NCBI GenBank assembly: GCA_047967505.1
Contig: CM106538.1
DNA length: 64,000 bases
Strand: one strand, 5' to 3'
DNA from: Dipteris shenzhenensis
Lineage: Eukaryota
In this document: piece by piece, positions 39,001 through 46,609 of the stretch
Layout of the letters: each line of letters begins with the position of its first letter
Numbering within the stretch: position 1 is the stretch's first letter
Made by a program: the position numbers and the translations under genes
The notes under the pieces: model-generated
What the model saw: the letters and a program-made list of their open reading frames with translations, nothing else
Told to the model about the DNA's origin: nothing
The model's database searches: none

Positions 39001-42000
39001 ATATTCTGGAAGAGTAAACAACCATACATCATTTTAAGACTGAGAGGAGAGGGCAAGGGATGAGGAGAGCAAGGAGGATATGCTAGAGAGGAGAGCAAGG
39101 AGGAGGGGCAGTGGGTTGAGAGGGGGGTTGTAGGATGAGAGATGGATGCAGTAGAGCTGGAGATCATCGTGAGGCAGTTGGCAGATGTAGACGCACCAGT
39201 GACAGCATATGGGAGGCATCTACTTGAATAGAGGGCTATCCATGACTTGATCATATAGCGGTCTCTGGAGATGGCCATCATCTGGTGGGTTCACTTGTTC
39301 CCCACATGGCGGGGGGAGAAGTACTGTGGACTACCTGCTCGGCCTACTAGCCTTTGCCCCACGGATATGTGATTTTACTATGCCTCCTCCACTCGGGGCC
39401 GACCACTCATACCTTGCCTTCTGTATATCGGTTGCCATGCCAGCTATGAGGAGAGACCGCCCTCACCCACTCGCGTTCAGATCTATTTTGACTATGCTTT
39501 TGACCCGGTGTACGTGAGCCACCTAGCTTTTGAGCTTCCAATATTACTTGGAGAGGGAATGGACCTCGCACGTGCATCAGATACCCTTGTCTCAGTGATA
39601 CAAGATGTTGTCACCAGATCTTTTCCCATGACACGATTTTCACGTGTCCCAAATGGGAAGATGCCCCAAAACCCCTGGTTCGACGATGAGTGAAGAGAGA
39701 TGAGAACCCACCTTACACATGAGCTAGCACTAGGACACTTGACTTCACCAGAGGCGCAGTGGATCTTACACCAAGTGACACGGCGTAAGAAGTGGGATTT
39801 TTCCCATCCCGGAGTGGGATCTCCTTCCCAAAGAATCTGATCACCTCATTGCAGGACCCTTGGGCACTTTGCTAGAGACTGCCCAAGGAAGAGAAAAAGA
39901 CCCAAGAGGTCTTCTGGTGCGGCTCCTTCACATACTACCACGACTGCACCTCCCCAGCACCCTGTACCACGCACTCCAGGACCACCAAGAGCAACAGGGC
40001 ACCTTGCTTCGCGCACCCTAGGACCACCAGGGGCAGCAGGGCGCCCAATGCCCGCAGCACACCCAGTACCACGATGGAGGCTATCAGAGCGGATCCCTTA
40101 CCTCAAGAGGAGACTTTTGATCCTGTTCAGCAGACAGACGCCTTCCAGACTCCAGAGGTGGATGTTGCGGCAGCCCAGGACACTACAGTTCCACATCAGG
40201 AGGGGCCTTTAGATCCACCAGCCCCAGTCACTTTGGTCTCTGACCCCTTGGTTTCTGACCACGAGGGGACTACAAGTACTTCTTCCCCGCAGACTATTCC
40301 TGCCACAATCAGGACAACTGAGAAAGTGCAGGCGTAGATGAGGGCTCCTGATTCCTCTTCACCCCAGCCACAGGCCTCTCCTGCACTGGTCCTGTCTACC
40401 TGAAATCTCGACTCTTTGTCGAAAGAGAGAGCCGTCTGGACGCTGAAGCATAATGTGGTCATCTGAGATGTTAGGGTCAGAGACAATGACCCTAACACGA
40501 GGCACCCCGTCTGCACTAACTGCCTCTGCCAAGGAAGAAGGAATGCCAGGAAGGGAGGGGATCTCCGTGACCACTCCGAATGTGGCTCCGATAGTGGCAA
40601 GCAGTCAATGGTAGACCTGAGGAAGACCAGGAAACCTAATGAACAGTGATGTGACCTACCTGTCTTCCTTGACTGGATCGAAGCCCAAGGTGTAGGGCAA
40701 AAGAAAGATCCTCCTCGAACCCAAAGCCAGGGGATTAGCTTTGAGAACAAGGGCTGTGGACTTGTGGGAGTCGAAAACCACTTGGAAGAATCCACGTCCC
40801 AAAAGTCGAATATCCCTGAGGTGAGGGGCGAGGTCTCCTGGTAACGCCGCCAGCATCCAGTGTCTAGCCTGTGATCTGGAAGGGTGTGACCCAAAGATGC
40901 GGGCGAAAAGTGATGTGGAGCCCTCTAATTCCACATCTTTCTTGAGCTGCTGCAGCTTGTCTTCTGAAAAAATGATGGTTCTCGCGGCCGGTGGAGGTGG
41001 ACGGAGATTGGCTGAATGGGGATCCATTCGCCAATTGATGTGAAAAGGCCGATCCCAACACTGAAAAAGCTATGTCCGTGAAACAACTGCCCAGGACGCC
41101 CTGAACGTGGGCGCAAGAAGAAGGAGAAAGAGAGGGTAGGAGAGAGGGGAAGGGAAGGGAAAGAGAGGGGCAGGAAGAAGGAGAAAGAGAGGGGAGACGG
41201 AGGTAGGCTGAGGGGGAGGCGTGGGGAGCTGAGATAGGGAGGAAGGGGGCGGGGAGGGAGAGGGAGGAGGTTTTTTTTTTTAAAATAATAAACTCTTTTT
41301 TTTTTTTTTTGGGGGGGGGGGGGGGTCACCTTCGGGGGGAAGCAGCGGGGGGGGGGGGGGGGGGGGGAGAGCGTGGGGGAGGGAGGGGGGCGGGGGAGGA
41401 GAAGGGGGCGGGGGGGAGGGCGGGGGAGAGGGAGGGCGGGGGAGGAGAAGGGGGCGGGGGGGCTGGCGGGGGAGAGGGAGGGCGGAGGAGAAGGGGGCAG
41501 CGGGGAGGGGGGCAGCAGGGGAGGGGAGAGGGGAGAGGAGAAAGGGGCAGCGGGGAGGGGGGCAGCGGGGGGGGGGGGGGGCTGCTGGCGAGGGAGAGGG
41601 AAGACAGGGGAGGGGACGGGGGAGGAGAAGGGGGGCGGGAGGACTGACGGGTGGGGGAGAGGTTGGGCGGGGAGGGAGAGGTAGGGGGTAGCGGGGGGGG
41701 GGAGAGGGAGGGCGGAGAGGAGGAAGGGGTGAGGGAGGCTGAGGGAGGAGGGAGAGAGGGCTGGCGAGAGGGGCCGGAGAGGAGGAGCAGTGAGGGGGGG
41801 GCAGCGAGGGAGAGGGAGAGGGAGAGGAGGCTGGCTGAGAGGAGGGAGAGGGAGAGGGGGCTGGCTGAGAGAGGGAGAGGGGAGGGCAGTAGCTCACGGG
41901 GAGGAGCAGCAGCTCAGGGCTCTAGGATGTTGCTGTAATTTTCTGTCAATTGAAACTTTGACTTTGGAGTATTTACAACTTGGTGACAAATAATTCTAAT

Positions 42001-45000
42001 TTTGCCAAAGAATGCACGTGTGAATTCTTAGCAAAATTTTTGTCCACCATGATCCATCCCCCTTTGGAAGGCTCCACGCAGGGGGTTTGGGACTCTATTC
42101 CTATTGTTTGGTTGGTCGGAGGCAATCAATTAAGCATGCAATATCAAGCAAGCAGGACCAACAAACTAGTGAGCGAAGCAGAAATGGTTGGGCTACCAAC
42201 ACATAATCTGAGTATATATATGTACTCATCATTCATAAAGATTTATAGTGATTCCTCAACATTGAACATGATTATAACATAATATTGGAAGTGTGCATTG
42301 GTGATACTGTTCTATATTCTCATGAGATGAAGTGGCTATCAACGGCTACTATATAGTTGAAGTGCATCATTTGATAAAAACATAACTTCACTATATGTAT
42401 GTACTCATCATTAATAAAGATTTATAATATCACCTCAATTTTGAAGATGATTATATATAAGCTTACAAGTCTACATTGGCGATAGTGTTATTTATTCCTA
42501 TGAGATGAACTTGCATAGAAATGGTTTGGCTACCACCAACTAGTATATAGTTGAAGTGCATCATTCAATAAAAACTTCAACATTGAACATGATCATAACA
42601 TAATATTTTTATTTTGCTTCCTATTACGGGCAGGCTTGCTCTAAATCTGGTGCAATAAACTAGCAAAATTCCATTAAATTTATATTTTTATGCATGAAAT
42701 TTTTCGAAATGGTGCAAAAGGTCATGATAATCATCTAAATCATGCCTTGCCATTTGATTTGATATGTAACATGACCCCATTTGGATTTGTAAATCATCAG
42801 ATACAGGATGTCGAAATTCTCATGTTTTGGGCCAAAACAGGAAGCCTGTCAAAACATGAGAATTTCGACGCACTCCGTGTTTGGCCCAAAACATGAGAAT
42901 TTCGATGTCTTGTATCTTTTGATTTACAAATCCAAATGGGGTCATGTTACATATCAAATTGAATGGCAAGGCATGATTTAGATGATTGTTAATGTATGTG
43001 GAAGCTATTCATGGTCGAATTGAATCCTCTAGTAGTTGGTGTGTGTGTGTGGGGTGCCTTGTCTGGTATTACTGGACAGACTAAAAAACAAATAAGTATG
43101 GCTAGCTTGAGGACGTAGTGACGGGATGAAACAATACGTGATGTCGGAGGCCAAGGCAAGGGATCCCCTTAGATAGTCAACTATAGCAGAGCCTCCTCCA
43201 TGTGGGAAATAGTGAGCCCATCTGACGAAGGCCACCCTGTCCGGACTATTATAGATGATTAGGGAGAGTAAGGCGTGATGGGCCTCCAAAGAAAGAAAGA
43301 AAGAAAGTCTATTAATGTCCACAGAAGACCAAGAAGTCTATGGGACAACATGAAAATCAATTAGTACATCAGCTTAGGGACGGTAGCTCCCAGGGAGTGC
43401 ATAAAGCAGCTCCATTTATTTAGAGTACCTACATTATGACTTGGAAAGAAACATAATCGGCCATACATCAATTTAAGACTGAGAGTCTTTTGGCTTGGAT
43501 TTAAACTCTTTAATGAGTGTTACGTCCTCACGGTCCACTGCCCATTTTCCATCATTCCTTGCAACCTTGACCTTAGCTAATTCCGTTGCCTTATTTTTCA
43601 ATTGATCTCGTGTAAGTTCTTCAGCTATCCATATCTTAGTTCCTTTCAACTTGTAGGATTGTTGGAGAAGCTTGACTCCTAGATCCTGTGAGAGCGTAAT
43701 GATAGCATGACCTTTAGACTATAAGATACGAGTTGCTCTGGGTTCATCGTCATCATCAAGAGCATCATCCTTATCAACTGTCCAATCAATATTAGGCATG
43801 GTTGCTTTGATATGTGCTAAGGTAACGCTGAAAGAGTCCTCTTTGCACCATCCTTCCGGGAGTCCCCCTATTCTAATCTTCAAAGCGTTATCACGCCTAG
43901 TTGCATGTTCTTTAATCTCTTCCTGAATGTCAACCTTGTTAACCTTTGGATCAAACTCCACCATCACTTCCTTCTTTGCGGTCTGTACTTCAGTGTGAAC
44001 TAGGTCTTTGACTGTGGAGACTAGCTGGGGGGTAGGGGGGGAAGCCTTGTAAGATTTTACAACCTCGTCGATGATTGCCTGCTTGCCAGGTCCTTCTAGA
44101 ACCTGAATTCTAGCTACGGCATTTGCCAATTGCATCTTTAACTCTCTTACCTACTCTTGTAGATAAAAAATCTGTTCATGGTGCCCAATGATGGGTCGGT
44201 CCAGACATCCTCGTAGGTATGTATGTGCATACGGAGAGGGTGTCATAGCTGCAACGGTGGCGTATCGGGACCTGTTGCCTGAAATGATTGGGGTTGAGGG
44301 GGGAGACTTCGAGGAGAGGCTCGGCCATTCCTTGCTGGCCATATCTTCTGCTGCCCCTTGGCTGAGCTAACCCCCTAGCTGGGCTGGGGGTTCAGCCCAA
44401 CTAGGGGTTAACCTTGGGTTGAGTTAACCTCTGTTGAGGTGTTGGTTAGGTCAGAGTTCACCTAGGTTAGGTTAACTGGTGCGGTGCTAGCGGCGCTGGT
44501 GGAGTTGACGATGGACGGTGACGAGGCTGAGGTGACCGGCGAAGAGGTTGAGGTAACGGGTGAGGCTGAGGCTGAGGTTGACGCTGACGGGTGAGAGAGA
44601 GAGAGAGAGAGAGAGAGGCTGAGTGGTGAGGAGGGGAGAGAGAGAGAGAGACAGGCTGAGTGGTGAGGAGGGGCTTGAGGCTGAGAGGCTGAGTGACGGA
44701 GGTGGAGAGGCTGAGCGACGGGAGAGGGAGGCTGAGCGACGGAGGGAGGGGCTAGCGATGGGAGAGGGAGGCTAGCGATGGAGAGGCTGAGCGGGGAGGC
44801 TAGCGACGGAGGTGGAGAGGCTGAGTGACGGGGAGGCTGAGTGATGGGGAGGCTAGCGACGGAGGTGGAGAGGTGGGGAGGCTAGCAACAGAGGTGGAGA
44901 GGCTGAGCGGGGAGGCTAGCGACGGGAGAGGGAGGCTAGCGACGGAGGTGGAGAGAGAGAGAGAGAGAGAGAGAGGGGGGTAGTCCCATTGAACCAAAGA

Positions 45001-46045
45001 GGGATCAGTCTCAACCCCACCCTAGTACCCATTATTTTTAAGAGTGGATTCAAGAGAACCGAAGACAAGAAAAAGAATGACAAGAAGAGAGGAGAGGAAA
45101 GGTGAATAGAGGAGGCAAGACTATTAGAGAGGGAGATCATAAAATATAAAAAGAGAGGGCCATGGAATTACCAAATCCTAGTCCTAGAGTATGCGTTGTG
45201 GGACAAATCCATTGGTCACATGAGCAATTAAGGATACAACTATACTAATTCCATTTGCACTAAGCCTAGTTGGCTGTGTAATGATTGGCATTATACAGAT
45301 TCCTAGTGGCTCTTTTACATATGTATGCCACATTTTTAAACCATATAATTACAGGGCCTTGCATTAAATTCATGTCTCTGAAATTTGTCCAGCGATCTCA
45401 GATGTCCTTAGTTACTCTTTAATGGAATTCCAGGTGGAACATGCTACCAAAACTGTGAGTCTAGTATTATAAAAACTGTACCATATACAAGCTTTGCTAG
45501 CATTGGAAACTGCTTTGAGATTTTGGCATTTGTTTCTTGATGATTCCCAGCACATTCCATGGAGGAAGCGGAGATACTTTGCGATCGTCTTGGAATATTT
45601 GTGAATGGTGAACTGCAATGTATTGGCAATTCAAAAGAGGTAGTACACCATTCTATAAAACTTTCTTTTAAAGTTAATGAATGTGTTGTTTTGTGTATTC
45701 TCATGTAATGCCCTTATTGTGGACTCTCATTTGGTCTTTGTGCAGCTAAAATCAAGATATGGTGGCTCATATGTATTTTCTATCACGACAGCACAAAATG
45801 AAGAGGAGAGAGTATCAAAATTGGTATTCGATTTATCTCCAAATGCAAAAAAGGTTTACAATATTTCCGGGACTCAGAAATTTGAATTGCCCAAGTCAGA
45901 TGTGAGAATAGCAGATGTCTTCCGCACTATGGAATATGCTAAAAAAGAACTGAGTATCCAGGCATGGGGTTTTGCAGACACAACATTAGAAGACGTTTTT
46001 ATTAAAGTTGCCCGTGAGGCAAATGCTGGTGAAACTCTGTCTTGA
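19351..46045 (+). CDS. ABCA: ABC transporter A-family half-size protein (ABCA3-8/ATH-like), last 10 exons; 5' exons not found in the window
   Basis: Exons 19351-19476, 19740-19823, 26841-27208, 27302-27502, 27699-27808, 27940-28024, 28236-28364, 28567-28672, 45551-45639 and 45746-46045 all have AG/GT borders and compatible phases (1598 nt, no internal stop). Motifs include Walker A GPNGAGKT, signature [10 protein letters not shown], Walker [13 protein letters not shown]-loop THSMEEAE and C-terminal [11 protein letters not shown]. Confidence 0.95.
19740..19823 (+). CDS. ABCA: ABCA exon ([23 protein letters not shown])
   Basis: Acceptor tgcag and donor gtaagt; phase matches both neighbouring exons. 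Confidence 0.9.
20500..26501 (+). mobile_element. L1-clade LINE, family B, 5'-truncated in ORF1, with poly(A) tail; lies in an ABCA intron in sense orientation
   Basis: ORF1 LRFPGLP and knuckle [17 protein letters not shown]2 [40 protein letters not shown]-run at 26487-26501. Confidence 0.9.
26841..27208 (+). CDS. ABCA: ABCA exon ([24 protein letters not shown])
   Basis: Acceptor ctgcag and donor gag|gtaatg. Confidence 0.92.
27302..27502 (+). CDS. ABCA: ABCA exon with Walker A
   Basis: [18 protein letters not shown] borders. Confidence 0.93.
27699..27808 (+). CDS. ABCA: ABCA exon ([18 protein letters not shown]-loop)
   Basis: Acceptor cacag and donor gtgagt. Confidence 0.92.
27940..28024 (+). 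CDS. ABCA: ABCA exon ([21 protein letters not shown])
   Basis: Acceptor tgcag and donor gtgag. Confidence 0.92.
28236..28364 (+). CDS. ABCA: ABCA exon with ABC signature
   Basis: [23 protein letters not shown] borders. Confidence 0.93.
28567..28672 (+). CDS. ABCA: ABCA exon with Walker B and D-loop
   Basis: [25 protein letters not shown]; donor gtaag. Confidence 0.93.
28880..30190 (+). mobile_element. Old RTE-X-like LINE 3' fragment
   Basis: Decayed post-RT similarity ([14 protein letters not shown]); ends gtctcatagg..ttaataaagcc(tttc)n at 30120-30190. Confidence 0.7.
30864..31514 (-). mobile_element. Short internally deleted RTE-X-like LINE (RT N-terminal piece fused to 3' UTR and tail)
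   Basis: 31200-31500 encodes [25 protein letters not shown] and joins directly to a 3' UTR similar to 36450-36770. (gaaa)n tail at 30864-30878. Confidence 0.85.
31515..32171 (+). mobile_element. ORF1-only retroelement, divergent 5'-truncated copy
   Basis: Reads [43 protein letters not shown] (stop at 31999-32001), then a short UTR and a tail stem-loop cut by an LTR at 32172. Confidence 0.8.
32172..34052 (+). mobile_element. Non-autonomous LTR retrotransposon (TRIM/LARD-like)
   Basis: LTR1 is 32172-32522 (TGTT..TTCA), the PBS TGGTATCAGAGC is at 32525-32536, the interior is about 1.2 kb and non-coding, and a G-run PPT precedes LTR2 (33724-~34050, 3' end lost at a LINE insertion). Confidence 0.9.
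34053..35703 (+). mobile_element. RTE-X-like LINE, subfamily B, 3' part
   Basis: [37 protein letters not shown]. Distinct 3' end ..ctccagcccactgtggcttgta(tttc)n. Confidence 0.85.
35704..36087 (+). mobile_element. RTE-X-like LINE 3' UTR fragment with (CT)n tail
   Basis: Closely matches 18820-19145. Confidence 0.85.
36185..36300. mobile_element. Possible hAT-like transposon end
   Basis: Begins CATAGTT.. and carries repeated GTTTCGG/GAAACGG motifs resembling Ac-type subterminal repeats. The partner end was not found. Confidence 0.3.
36435..38819 (-). mobile_element. 5'-truncated RTE-X-like LINE with a 24-bp target-site duplication
   Basis: ORF 37765-38880 contains the RT ([18 protein letters not shown]). 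A zinc finger lies near 37150-37215 and the tail at 36435-36455. The TSD agaggagagcaaggaggagaggag is at 36411-36434 and 38820-38843. Confidence 0.92.
38844..39044 (-). mobile_element. 3' UTR and tail of the ORF1-only element family
   Basis: Aligns by eye to 43288-43482, including ctcagtcttaa (QS*), tactctaaataa and gactttctttc. Confidence 0.8.
39200..39810 (+). mobile_element. RTE-X-like LINE endonuclease fragment
   Basis: [22 protein letters not shown] and PQNPWFDDE, homologous to about 11780-12360. Confidence 0.75.
39815..41060 (-). mobile_element. L1 family A copy 2 (ORF1 only), with internal inversion 39847-40379
   Basis: [30 protein letters not shown] on minus; the knuckle continuation [18 protein letters not shown] is on plus. 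Confidence 0.85.
41110..41920. repeat. G-rich low-complexity tract (with T and G homopolymers) at the 5' side of L1-A copy 2
   Basis: Long G runs; purine-dominated on +. Confidence 0.9.
42180..42607. repeat. Degenerate AT-rich tandem repeat, unit about 180 bp, about 2.3 copies
   Basis: tatgtactcatcatt.ataaagatttata recurs at about 42218 and 42398; tatatagttgaagtgcatcatt recurs at about 42350 and 42544. Confidence 0.75.
42729..42987. repeat. Foldback/MITE-like long inverted repeat (arms about 108 bp)
   Basis: 42729-42836 is the near-perfect reverse complement of 42880-42987. Confidence 0.9.
43030..43285 (-). mobile_element. RTE-X-like endonuclease fragment
   Basis: [25 protein letters not shown]. 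Confidence 0.7.
43288..44410 (-). mobile_element. ORF1-only non-autonomous retroelement, best-preserved copy
   Basis: A single frame 44342->43473 (290 codons, two internal TAG) encodes a LINE ORF1-like protein. It is followed by about 165 nt of UTR including the stem-loop, then the (tttc)n tail. No EN/RT. Confidence 0.8.
43473..44342 (-). pseudogene. LINE ORF1p-like protein (coiled-coil-like segment plus RRM/CTD-like motifs), 289 aa with 2 nonsense codons
   Basis: Manual translation through the stops at 44151-44153 and 43719-43721 gives ..[54 protein letters not shown]. Confidence 0.8.
44500..44975. repeat. Degenerate purine-rich minisatellite with (GA)n runs
   Basis: Recurring gaggct(g)agcgacgg(a)g units; (ga)n at about 44594-44615 and 44952-44974. 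Confidence 0.8.
45551..45639 (+). CDS. ABCA: ABCA exon with H-loop
   Basis: [20 protein letters not shown]; phase 1 matches the exon ending at 28672. Confidence 0.92.
45746..46045 (+). CDS. ABCA: ABCA terminal exon
   Basis: [36 protein letters not shown]..stop. Confidence 0.93.
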   Translation, partial: LKSRYGGSYVFSITTAQNEEERVSKLVFDLSPNAKKVYNISGTQKFELPKSDVRIADVFRTMEYAKKELSIQAWGFADTTLEDVFIKVAREANAGETLS

Positions 46046-46609
46046 AACTGCTAACTTTTATAGCTATGCCATGAACAGATTGAGGTGTGAGGTGCAGAGA
46101 TATACTTGTAGCCCAATTATTTCTTGTATGCAAAAGTCTGTGCTTTGTGGAAATTTTAGCTTCTTTGGATTCACTTGGTTCAGGACCAGCAAGAAGGATG
46201 ATATTTTGCTAAAATATCTTAGGATCATATAAGACAGCACGGTACATGCTTGGTTCTATGACAAAGGTGGATGCAAATAATTTCATTTTCTTATGGCCGT
46301 GAAATTTTCAAATTTTGAGTAAAAGATACTCTCTTTTATTTCCTCAGCAGTTTTCCTAAATGCTGCTTTTGATGTGGAGGGATCTTTTCTTAAGGCAGTA
46401 AGCAAGTTGGTAGGGCTGGAATTTGCACATACAAGTTTTAGTGACCAAATATGTCATGGTATTTGTGCTGAATGACACAACCTAAATTGTTTAGTATTGC
46501 TGGGGATTTATTTCTGAAAGTAACGAACGAGCAGTATAAATTCCCATATCAACATGGGGGTATTGCCAACCTTTGACCTTCAAGCAATCCCCCCTCCCCC
46601 CTCTTCCTG

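Noticed and set aside
41280-41938. Long poly-Pro and poly-Gly ORFs (also 9178-9579, 21224-21829, 50218-50436) resembling extensins or glycine-rich proteins
   Set aside because: They arise from stop-poor G/C low-complexity tracts, are open in several frames on both strands, and show no gene structure.
42180-42607. CRISPR-like or satellite array
   Set aside because: Only about 2.3 degenerate ~180-bp units, no constant repeat with unique spacers, and a eukaryotic context.
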